From Candidatus Versatilivorator sp. (GTDB lineage Bacteria; Acidobacteriota; Terriglobia; Versatilivoradales; Versatilivoraceae), in contig OZ242296.1 in NCBI GenBank assembly GCA_965207735.1, forward strand, positions 4,928,001 through 4,992,000: a stretch of 64,000 nucleotides of DNA, given 5' to 3'. Below the pieces are notes generated by a model. That model searched no databases. It was not told the DNA's origin and saw nothing but the letters and a program-made list of their open reading frames with translations. How positions within the stretch are numbered: position 1 is the stretch's first letter; each line of letters starts with the position of its first letter. The position numbers and the translations under genes are program-made. Below are positions 45,876-54,621 of the stretch, piece by piece.

Positions 45876-48620
45876 TTAGAAAAGAGAGAAGCTGGTCCCG
45901 ACCTTGAAGGTCCGTCCCAGGTGATAGCGCCGCTGCAGATGGTCAGCCTGCGTCCAGCGATACTCGTTGTCGGACAGGTTCTCTATCGTAAACTTGACCC
46001 CCCACCGCTCCCCGATGGTGTAGAGGTAGGCCAGATCCATGAAGAGGTTCCCCTCCTGAAAGATGTCGGGGAGGCCAAAGGTGCCCACGCCGGTGATCTT
46101 GCGGGACACGGAATTCAGGAAGAACCGGACCGTGCTGCGCCACCGAGGCTTGTTCCACTCGGTGCCGAAGTTGTAGATGAAGCGGGACTGCCCCAGCAGC
46201 GGCCGCCGTTTCGAGGTGGCCAACAGCGCCAGCTCGGGCGGAATCTCGACATTGGAGTCCACGAAGGTGAAGTTGCTTTGCAGGCTGAAGGGCTCCAGCC
46301 CATCGTGAAAGTGGCCCAGGTGCTGGCGCCATTCGATTTCGAAGCCCTGGTTCCGGGCGCTGGTGGCGTTCACGAAGCTTCTGCGCTGGTTGATGGTCGG
46401 CTGAATGGTGGTCTCGATGGGGTCGGTGAAGTCCTTGAGGAAATAGCTGGCGGCAATCACCTGGTTTCCCCCCGGGAACCACTCCCAGCGGGTATCGAAG
46501 TTGTCGATCCTGGCCCGCCGCAGGTCGGGGTTTCCGGCCGTATCGTAGCCGCCCAGCACGTTCAGGAAGTCGAAGGGGGAGAGCTCGCGAAAGTCGGGCC
46601 GGTTGAGGGTGCGCGCATACCCGAACCGCAGGTTTTGCCTGGAAGTCAGGGCATAGCTCGCGTTGATGCCGGGTAGAGGGTCGCGGTTATCCAGTTCGGC
46701 TACGGCCGGCACGCCGCCGGGAACCAGCGGATCGATGGTGGTGACCTGAATCAGGGCATCCTCCAGGCGGAGGCCGCCCACCAACCGCCACTTGGAGCCC
46801 AATGAAATATCCAGCATGGCAAAGGTGCCGAAGATGTCCATGTCTCCCCGATAGGTGTCGGTGCCTCGTGTGTTTTCGCGCAGGACGAACCGGTCGGGAG
46901 CGATGTTGTCGGGCCCCAGGAGTTCATTGGGGGCAAGGCTGGTATCGATGTGGCGGAAGCTGGCGGGCTTGAAGCGGAAGCGGCGGGCTTCAAAGTCGCG
47001 TTCCCGGAAGGTGGCCCGAACCCCGACACTGAACATGCCGGTAACACCGCTGCCGAAGAAGGGCTTCCCCCACTCCACCAGAGGCTCGTGGATCTTGTCT
47101 TCGAGCGTATTGTAGAAGCGCAGGGCCGATTGGGACAGCGACAGGAAACCCAGGCTGTCATCGTATCGGCGCTGGTAGATGGTTTCCCGGAAATCGGGCT
47201 CATCTCGGCCCGACTGGGAATATGTGTACTGCCAGCGGATCAGGCTGTTGCCCAGTGCCGGCAGGTTGTGTTCCCCCTCGACCCCCGTAGAGAACAGACC
47301 CCGTTCTACCCACCGCAGCCGTTCGGCCACGATCTGCAAATCGATCCCCCCGTTGAGACCCTCGAAGCGGCGTGCTTCCTTGTCGGCGTCGTGGGTGTAG
47401 GTATTGCGGAAAACGATCTTGTTGTTGCTGTTCAACCGCAGGGCGGCATTGAACACGGCTCCCACACGGGATGCCTCCACGCTCCGGGCGAAATCGGGAT
47501 AGTCGGTGCGAATGCCGATATTCCCACGGCCCGTGTTCACCAGGTAGCGCCGAGCCTCCTGATAGACCTGGGGCTTATTGGTGAAGGTGAAGGCTCCCAC
47601 CAGGCCCAGCGGACCCACCGTATCGCCTCCGGCAATGGAGTGGGTCTGAGAGGGACGAGCTCTGTCGATGGAGGTTCCCTCCCAGTTGACGGGGAAGGCC
47701 CGGCCGAACTCCTGCATCTCCTGCCGGCTGAAGCTGCCCGGGAAAAGCCTGGTCTGCGGAATCCGGACAGGAACATCGCGGGATCCGTCCTGGTAGCCCC
47801 AGAAATCGGACTCGCCTCCCTGGTAGGTCTGGAACTCCTTGAAGGTGGTCCGGCTATTGAAGCCGTAACTCACGCTGGCATTGAAGGTTCTCGCCACCGG
47901 AAACTCGATGGTCTGCATCTGAACCAGGCCTCCCGAGAACTCGCCGGGCAGGTTGGGCGCGTAGGTCTTGATAACCTTGATGTTCTCGATCAGAGTGGCG
48001 GGAAAGAGGTCCAGCGGCACCACCCGCCGTTCGGGGTCGGTGGTGGGGACCATGGCCCCGTTCAGCATGGTGGCGCTGTAGCGTTCCCCCAGGCCTCTCA
48101 CGTAGACATAGCCGTCGTCGACCACAGAGACACCGGTCACTTTCTCCACCGCTCCGGCTGCATCGGAAGCCACCGACTTTCTGATTTCATCCCGGCTCAT
48201 GCTGTCGCTGACGGTGGGCGCCAGCTTGCGCTCGGTGAGCATGGCCTCTGCAGTGGCGGTGACGGCGTCGATATCCGTCGTGACGTCGACCACCGTCTGG
48301 GTGGCAAAGTTGGCCATGACGGTGCTGACCTCCTGGACGGCGCCGGCCGTAACCACGATGCCGCTTACCGTGGATTCATGGTAGTTGTCTGCGGTGAAGA
48401 GTAGTTGGTAGGTGCCGGGGGACAGCTGCAGGACATAATATCCGTCCAAATCCGTCACGGTCGAGAGTTCGGGGCGGCCCTCCACTTCGACTCGGGCCTG
48501 CCGCACCACGGAGCCGTTGTCGGCATCCAGCACGTTCCCTGCCACGGCACCTGTTTCCTGACCGGACAGATTCTGGGCAAGCAGCAATAACAATGACATC
48601 AGGGTTAGAAATCGAAACAC
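45876..48620 (-). CDS. TonB-dependent receptor with N-terminal carboxypeptidase-regulatory-like domain
   Basis: GTG 48620 with AGGAG RBS and a signal peptide; plug VYVRGLGERYS...PLDLFP; RPDFRELSPF...GNPDL; C-terminal Phe. Confidence 0.92.
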   Translation of the reverse strand: MFRFLTLMSLLLLLAQNLSGQETGAVAGNVLDADNGSVVRQARVEVEGRPELSTVTDLDGYYVLQLSPGTYQLLFTADNYHESTVSGIVVTAGAVQEVSTVMANFATQTVVDVTTDIDAVTATAEAMLTERKLAPTVSDSMSRDEIRKSVASDAAGAVEKVTGVSVVDDGYVYVRGLGERYSATMLNGAMVPTTDPERRVVPLDLFPATLIENIKVIKTYAPNLPGEFSGGLVQMQTIEFPVARTFNASVSYGFNSRTTFKEFQTYQGGESDFWGYQDGSRDVPVRIPQTRLFPGSFSRQEMQEFGRAFPVNWEGTSIDRARPSQTHSIAGGDTVGPLGLVGAFTFTNKPQVYQEARRYLVNTGRGNIGIRTDYPDFARSVEASRVGAVFNAALRLNSNNKIVFRNTYTHDADKEARRFEGLNGGIDLQIVAERLRWVERGLFSTGVEGEHNLPALGNSLIRWQYTYSQSGRDEPDFRETIYQRRYDDSLGFLSLSQSALRFYNTLEDKIHEPLVEWGKPFFGSGVTGMFSVGVRATFRERDFEARRFRFKPASFRHIDTSLAPNELLGPDNIAPDRFVLRENTRGTDTYRGDMDIFGTFAMLDISLGSKWRLVGGLRLEDALIQVTTIDPLVPGGVPAVAELDNRDPLPGINASYALTSRQNLRFGYARTLNRPDFRELSPFDFLNVLGGYDTAGNPDLRRARIDNFDTRWEWFPGGNQVIAASYFLKDFTDPIETTIQPTINQRRSFVNATSARNQGFEIEWRQHLGHFHDGLEPFSLQSNFTFVDSNVEIPPELALLATSKRRPLLGQSRFIYNFGTEWNKPRWRSTVRFFLNSVSRKITGVGTFGLPDIFQEGNLFMDLAYLYTIGERWGVKFTIENLSDNEYRWTQADHLQRRYHLGRTFKVGTSFSLF

Positions 48621-48691
48621 TCCAGTCACTCCTTCTGTTGGCACAGGTAAATATCCAGGACGAACATGGCCGACTGCCTGAACGTACAATG

Positions 48692-48735
48692 ACCGTGTGA
48701 ACACCGTGTTAAGAGCGGATAAAGAGTTGGTTAAG
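48692..48735 (-). promoter_or_regulatory. Pho-box-like array (four direct repeats, 11-bp period) upstream of the TonB receptor-phoB genes
   Basis: Minus strand CTTAACCAACT-CTTTATCCGCT-CTTAACACGGT-GTTCACACGGT; TACGTT -10-like hexamer 10 nt after the last GTTCAC. Confidence 0.7.
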
Positions 48736-48859
48736 ATCGACTAACGGAAGAACTGAGGAAAGGAAACGGTACGGATCATCGAACAACTGCGTGTGGCCGG
48801 CTGGAGAATCCCACCGCCCTGATTCATTGTTGAGCAGGCGCCGATTGAGCCAACCACAG

Positions 48860-48896
48860 AAAAAAGGCGCCCTGGACTCTTGAGTCCCGGGGCGCC
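48860..48896 (-). terminator. Rho-independent terminator after the 48975-50795 gene
   Basis: GC-rich hairpin GGCGCCCTGGACTC...GAGTCCCGGGGCGCC followed on the minus strand by six T. Confidence 0.75.
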
Positions 48897-48974
48897 GAAA
48901 CTAAACCGGGGCCGTTGTCGTAGCAGGCAGCCCGATGCGACTACGGCTCGGAGGAGATCAGGGATCCAACTCTC

Positions 48975-50795
48975 TTACGGAGGTCCCATTTCTCCTTCAA
49001 CGTGATATTGAACCCACTCCTCGTCCCATCTCTCGTCACCGAAGGCGCCCAGATAGTTGGCGGACTGATCGAAGAAGCCGTCGTCCGGAGGCAGGATCCA
49101 GTTGGCGCGAAAAACGGGCCCTCCCCCGCGGGGCCTGAAGTCGGGGTCGCTCAACTGCAGGGGGCGCACCAGGTCGGGGTCGGCAATCATGACGTTGGCC
49201 TGACCCTGCAGAAACTCGGGGCCCAGGTTGTCCTTGCTGCCAAGAGGGTCGACAACCTGGTCAGCCATGGTATTGGACCGGCCTGACATCAGTCCGTTGT
49301 TCCACATCAGCAGACCGTCGACCGAGAGCGCCCTGTTGTCGATGGATGCCTGGTCCAGAACCACCAATCCGGTATTGACCCAGTTGTAGAGGAGGACGTT
49401 GTTGTAGCTTCCACCGGAACCCCGACGAAAATAGGCGCCGGCCACGCCGGTCCCTTCGTCAAAGCCCTCGGTGTAGGTGTCGCCGGCGCCCACCATGGTG
49501 ACATTGTAAACCTGAGGCTCGGTCACAGGAGTAGCGGCATAATCGTCCTCATTGTTGTCCGACTCGATGCCCCGGTTCCCCTGCTGATCCTCACCGGCCA
49601 CGCAGACCGCGTGCTGCAGGCGCCCGGTCCAGCCGATCTGCATATCCAGGAAATCGTCCTGGCCGTAGGTCCCCACCAGGTAGCTGGCGTCCATGGTGCC
49701 GCCGAACCACTCGAAGAGATCGTCCAGCCCATACTTGGCCTGCAGGTGATGAGCCACCGTATCCGAGCCGCAGCCGCCGAAGGTGATGGCGTTGATCTCG
49801 TCGTTGGGGGCGAACTCGGCGCCGGCAAACTCTACCCGGACGTAGGTTAAAGTTCCGCAGTCATGGGTGGGATCGTCTCCGCCATACTCGGTGTCGTCCG
49901 AGGGCGGAAGCCCCTCGATGTTCCCGAAGCCGGTAGGCCAATTCACCGGGGCGGCACCCAGCAGCACCAGTCCTCCCCAGTCACCGGCATTGCGCTCGCC
50001 AAAGGGCAGCTTGCTGGTGAAGGTAACGGGACGGGAGCGGGTGCCGGCGGCCACTAGTCTTCCCGTGGTGGTGACAAAGAGGGAAGAGGCCGGCTGGGAA
50101 CCGGGCTCACCCGTGATGATGGTACCGGGTTCGATGGTCAGGATGGCCCCATTCTTGACAAAGACAACCCCGTTGAGGTTGTAGGTCTTGGTGTTCACCC
50201 AGGTGGTATCGGAAGTGATGTCGCCGCTCACTGCAACGGTCTCGTCCACCACCGAGATCTTGAAATAGGCGTTCTTGAGGACGCGCCCACCCCGATTGTC
50301 TCTCAATTGAACCACAACAGTGTGCATGCCGAGTTCGTCGGGAATGGTGTAAGGCATCTCCGTGGCCGAGCCGCCGGGTCCCACGATCACGGCCTTGTTC
50401 ACTGCGGAAACTCCCGCGTCCAACCGGGTGAGCCCCGAACCCGTGTCGATGTCGTCCGGGGTCTGGCTGAAGATGCTTTGCGGGACCATTGTGGTGTGTT
50501 CTCTCTTGGTGAAGAACGTCCTGACACCGGTCTGGTTGTTGATGATATAGCTGAACAGGGAGTAGGGCTGGTTGTCCTGGTTGACGCGGTACGAACCGCG
50601 TACCGTCATCTGCTCGCCCGGACGGTAGACATACTTGTCGGCCCAGATCCACATGCCGATGTCGGAATCTTTTTGAATCGGTGTGGCCCCGTGGGTATCG
50701 CGGGAAACGCTCCCGCCACGGGCGAGCGACGCCGGAGCGAGGCCTGAGGCAGCCACGGCGACGACAGCGGCGAGAGTAAGCAAAATCCTTTTCAT
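48975..50795 (-). CDS. Conserved exported beta-helix-like protein of the type found beside Pho-regulated TonB receptors
   Basis: ATG 50795 with GAAGGAGA RBS and a signal peptide; LTIEPGT, PVTFTS, GDWGGLVLLG, YVRVEFAG and DDLFEWFGGT motifs. Confidence 0.85.
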   Translation of the reverse strand: MKRILLTLAAVVAVAASGLAPASLARGGSVSRDTHGATPIQKDSDIGMWIWADKYVYRPGEQMTVRGSYRVNQDNQPYSLFSYIINNQTGVRTFFTKREHTTMVPQSIFSQTPDDIDTGSGLTRLDAGVSAVNKAVIVGPGGSATEMPYTIPDELGMHTVVVQLRDNRGGRVLKNAYFKISVVDETVAVSGDITSDTTWVNTKTYNLNGVVFVKNGAILTIEPGTIITGEPGSQPASSLFVTTTGRLVAAGTRSRPVTFTSKLPFGERNAGDWGGLVLLGAAPVNWPTGFGNIEGLPPSDDTEYGGDDPTHDCGTLTYVRVEFAGAEFAPNDEINAITFGGCGSDTVAHHLQAKYGLDDLFEWFGGTMDASYLVGTYGQDDFLDMQIGWTGRLQHAVCVAGEDQQGNRGIESDNNEDDYAATPVTEPQVYNVTMVGAGDTYTEGFDEGTGVAGAYFRRGSGGSYNNVLLYNWVNTGLVVLDQASIDNRALSVDGLLMWNNGLMSGRSNTMADQVVDPLGSKDNLGPEFLQGQANVMIADPDLVRPLQLSDPDFRPRGGGPVFRANWILPPDDGFFDQSANYLGAFGDERWDEEWVQYHVEGEMGPP

Positions 50796-50912
50796 GTGTC
50801 TCCTTCCTTCATTCAGGTCTTGATTTCGATTGACAATAGACAGGCAGTCTTCTTCGGGTGAGCCCCCTGGAGAAGCACCGCCTCGCTTGGCCACCGAAGC
50901 TAGCAGGAAGGA

Positions 50913-50951
50913 ATTGCCGAGAAATGAAATCCGAATGAAAATATGATGAAC
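50913..50951 (-). promoter_or_regulatory. Pho-box-like repeats (11-bp period)
   Basis: Minus strand GTTCAT-N5-TTTCAT-N5-TTTCAT-N5-GGCAAT, then TAGCTT 10 nt downstream. Confidence 0.55.
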
Positions 50952-51112
50952 TCATTGACTACGTAGTTCTTCGATCCCATGAATTCTTGCGTTTAGGGCT
51001 ATTTTCACTTGTCACACTGGGAGCAAACAGGTGGATAATGCGGGACAAGCCGCTCTGGACGAATCCAAGAAGCGGCTGAAACAGACCGGGACCTCCCGGG
51101 AGAGGAAATCCA

Positions 51113-52654
51113 ATGTCGATGACACACCTTTCGAAAACCGCCAGGATGCGGGTGGGACTTCTGCTGGCCCTGCTGATCGGGACCCTGGGCAGCCAGTGGA
51201 AGGACATTCTGCCGGCCGCCGAACCCGATCCCGACGAGATTCACGTCCTCCAGCAAGGCGGGAAGTTTGGCAAGCTCTCCCTGGAAGTCAAGGAAGCCGG
51301 ATCCCATCTTCACATGCCCGCCCGGCTCTACTTCACTTATGACGATGGCCGGGAAGAACTGCCTACGGTCGGCCGCTTCCAGCACTTCATGGTGACTGCC
51401 TCCGGCCGGGATCTGAAAACACTCCCCGTCGGCGAATACCAGGTCTACGTCTCGCGCGGGACCGAATACTCGCTGGACCGGCAGAAGGTCAAGATCGAAG
51501 AAGGCAAGACAGCCTATCTAGACTCGACACTGGAGCGCGTGGTGGATACCAGCGGATTCATCTCGGCCGACTTCCATCTCCATCTTCAGTACGCCATGCG
51601 GGACGGAGCCATGACGTCGGCTGCCGAGGGGATCGACTTGCTCACGGCCACCGACCACAACATCCTGAAGGACTATTCCCCCCACATTCGCGCGCTCAAA
51701 CTGGAGCGCTTCATTACGTCTACTGTCGGTTCGGAGATCGACACCGCCTTCGGCCACTTCAACAGCTTCCCCCTGGAGATCGATCGCTGGGGACGGCGCG
51801 AGTTTCGCCACGGCATCCGGACCCCGGCAGAGTTCCTGCGCATCGTCCGGCAGGAACCGGGCGAGCAGATCGTGCAGATCAACCATCCGCGGCGCCAGAC
51901 CTCCAGCCCCGTCAGCGGCTATTTCGATGAGCGGCTCAACGCGGAAACCGGAGCTTTCGACTACCCCTATTTCGAAACCGGTTTCGACAGCTTCGAGATC
52001 TTCAACGCCATCACCGACAAGAGCGAAACGATCATCGGCCGGAGTCGACTGGTGGATCAAAAACTCCAGGACTGGTACCGATTGCTAAATCGCGGGGTGC
52101 TGATGGCGGGTGTGGCCAACACCGACGCTCACCTCTACCCACAAGATTCCCTCGGCTATCCCCGAAACTACGTGGTTTCCGAAACCGACAACCCCTGGGA
52201 GATCGACGCCCGCAAGGTCGTCCAGGCCGTCAAGCGGCGGGCCGTCACCGGCAGCCTGGGGCCCTTCCTACATTTCACTGGTAACGGCGCCCCGGTGGGA
52301 TCGGTGATCACAGACCTGGATCGCTCCGTTTCCCTAAGAATTCAACTGCAGTCGGCTCCCTGGGTTCCGGTCGAGACCCTGGAAGTCATCCGAAACGGCG
52401 AAGTCATCAAGACGTATTCGGTGCCGCCCCCGGAAGAAAAGGAGAAGCCCTGGAAGTTCGACACCGAGCTGGTGGTGGATTGCCGGCAGGATAGCTGGGT
52501 TCTGGTAATCGCCTCTTCCCAGACCCCCTGGGAAAAACCCTTCGAAAACTACCGCTCCTTCTCCTTCACCAACCCGGTCTTCGTGGATGTGGACGGCAAC
52601 GGCTACTTCGATCCCCCCAACGGAGGCTTTCCATTGCAGGAGGCAGGGAACTGA
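51113..52654 (+). CDS. CehA/McbA-family (PHP-like) exported metallohydrolase
   Basis: SRGTEY, SADFHLH, TATDHN, GHFNSFPL, QINHPR, ANTDAH and FTNPVFVDVDG motifs; N-terminal hydrophobic segment. Confidence 0.85.
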   Translation: MSMTHLSKTARMRVGLLLALLIGTLGSQWKDILPAAEPDPDEIHVLQQGGKFGKLSLEVKEAGSHLHMPARLYFTYDDGREELPTVGRFQHFMVTASGRDLKTLPVGEYQVYVSRGTEYSLDRQKVKIEEGKTAYLDSTLERVVDTSGFISADFHLHLQYAMRDGAMTSAAEGIDLLTATDHNILKDYSPHIRALKLERFITSTVGSEIDTAFGHFNSFPLEIDRWGRREFRHGIRTPAEFLRIVRQEPGEQIVQINHPRRQTSSPVSGYFDERLNAETGAFDYPYFETGFDSFEIFNAITDKSETIIGRSRLVDQKLQDWYRLLNRGVLMAGVANTDAHLYPQDSLGYPRNYVVSETDNPWEIDARKVVQAVKRRAVTGSLGPFLHFTGNGAPVGSVITDLDRSVSLRIQLQSAPWVPVETLEVIRNGEVIKTYSVPPPEEKEKPWKFDTELVVDCRQDSWVLVIASSQTPWEKPFENYRSFSFTNPVFVDVDGNGYFDPPNGGFPLQEAGN

Positions 52655-52685
52655 GCGGGGCTTGGGAAGGGGTGATTGGAACTTC

Positions 52686-53190
52686 CGGGAGTGCGGGCGT
52701 CCCGTAGTCCGGGACCTAATTTGGACGAATTATTAACATGGATGGACAGGATATACAGGATTCTTGGTTGATGGGTCGGTAGAGAATACTCTGGGACGAA
52801 AGATCTCTCGCCCCCCCCGAGTTCGACCGTTACCCTTTCTTCAACAAGGATTGCAAAACCCGTTCCTATGGTCATGGATCACCTCGAACGAGCATCCGAT
52901 CATCGAGCGAGTCCGATTACTGTGCAGCGGCGTCTCGTCCTCTTTATCCTGTTCATCCTGTGTATCCATGTTCAAATAATGTAGACAACAAATTTAGTGG
53001 GACATGGCCATTGTTCCCGATAGGCCATGAAGATTCATTGTTTCACTCTCGTATGATTTGCCCGGAACGGTGGAGGGCGGACTAGTTTGTAATCCCTGGT
53101 ATCTGCAAATCCGCACCGGATCATCGCCCGAACTGGCTTCTCGTGCAGGAACCTCTATTCCTGTCAATCCTGTGCATCGATGTCAATTGT
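52686..53190. repeat. Cluster of modular dispersed repeats (9-bp-period hairpin arms, REP-like motif)
   Basis: Arms 52735-52761 and 52946-52972 are 23/27 inverted; 52940-53085 is homologous to 39575-39710; CCGGGAG(T/C)GCGGGCGTCCC also occurs at ~39828. Confidence 0.75.
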
Positions 53191-53228
53191 AATAATTTTC
53201 CATCCCCGACGCCGAGCCTGGCGTGCCG

Positions 53229-54200
53229 CTAATCGGAGGACATGTCGACCTCGAGGGTGAACTGGCTGTCGGCGTCTCGCTCGTACTTGCCCAGGGTCGG
53301 CGAATAGGTGCTCACTTCGATCCGATTGCGGGTGGGTGAGAACTTCATGATCCTCAGCCAACCGTCGCCTCCCCTTGCCCGTCCCTGATAATCGGACAGG
53401 AGGCTGTAAACCCGGTTGCCGTTGTAGGTATCCTCCCTGAGAGCCTCGCCCAGGACGTGCCCGCAGAGCATCAGGAAGAAATTGGGATTGTCCTTCAGCA
53501 CGTCATAGGTGGCTTGCCCCTGATGGCTGAAGGTCTTGTCGAGCTTGAGCAGGCTGTGGCTGACGACAATGGCCCGCCTGTCGCTGTGTTCCTTCAGGAG
53601 TTCATCGGTCCATCCCAGCACGTCGCTGCCGGCAGCGAACTCCAGGAAAATAAGGATGAAATCCAGCCCGCCTGCACTCAACAAGTGGTAGAAATTGTCG
53701 TTGTCGTCCCCGTGGTTCCCACCGAACCAGGGTCTGTCCTTGAAGCGGGCCAACCCGAAGAAACGGTTGTAGAGCTGGGTCGTCTCGATACGGACGCCGT
53801 CGATGCGGATCGGAAGACGGCGGTAGATGTATTTGTCGTGGTTGCCCACCGCAATGCCGTAGGGAATGGGCGGCGTCCCCTCCAGCTTGCGGAAGGCTTC
53901 GTCGGCATGCTGCCACTGATCCTCCCGATCGGCGTGATTGACGCAATCTCCCAGGTGAGCCACGTAGACGATATTGAGAGCTTCCCGGTTCTCGGCGATC
54001 CACTGGGTCTGGGCCTTGAAAATCTCCGGAGTTCCCCCGCCGTCGCCGGACGCATAGTTCTGGGTGTCGGGCATCACGGCGATGGTGAAGTCCTGCTGGG
54101 CTCGGGCGCCGGCCGGCCAGAGGAGGAGAACGAGGATCGGAAATACGCCCCAAATGCTATGAACGGAACCACATCGCCCAACTCTGATGTCTGTTTTCAT
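53229..54200 (-). CDS. Secreted calcineurin-like metallophosphoesterase
   Basis: MPDTQNY, HLGDCV, VGNHD, VSHS and LCGH motifs; signal peptide ending ARA-QQ. Confidence 0.88.
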   Translation of the reverse strand: MKTDIRVGRCGSVHSIWGVFPILVLLLWPAGARAQQDFTIAVMPDTQNYASGDGGGTPEIFKAQTQWIAENREALNIVYVAHLGDCVNHADREDQWQHADEAFRKLEGTPPIPYGIAVGNHDKYIYRRLPIRIDGVRIETTQLYNRFFGLARFKDRPWFGGNHGDDNDNFYHLLSAGGLDFILIFLEFAAGSDVLGWTDELLKEHSDRRAIVVSHSLLKLDKTFSHQGQATYDVLKDNPNFFLMLCGHVLGEALREDTYNGNRVYSLLSDYQGRARGGDGWLRIMKFSPTRNRIEVSTYSPTLGKYERDADSQFTLEVDMSSD

Positions 54201-54621
54201 GTCAATTTCCTTGGATATCGACCGTGGGATGCCGGAGAGTAGCAGCGGCACTGAAATCGTCAAAAGCGGCTGCAAGCGAAGCGCTGTGCTCGAGCCGAGT
54301 GTGGGAGCCGCAAATGAACTTCCCGTGATCAACCCATGAAGTGTGAATGAACCGGACCCTGGACCGAACCGGCAGGGGCGGCTGAATCGTCCCAACCCAA
54401 TATACTGAATCCCGGCAGGCCGGCCAAGGCTTTCAATCCCATTGGGGAAAGGTTATGATCCTTTGCCACAGGACACAGTTATCGGAAGGATGCACCCGGG
54501 CCCCAGCGGAAAAACGCGCCAAGGGCCCCAGTCATTCAATTCCATCTGCCGGACCATGGCTCGCATCGGACAGTTGTCACCGCGGAACAACATTTTCCCA
54601 CTCTTCAGAAGAGGAACCTCT

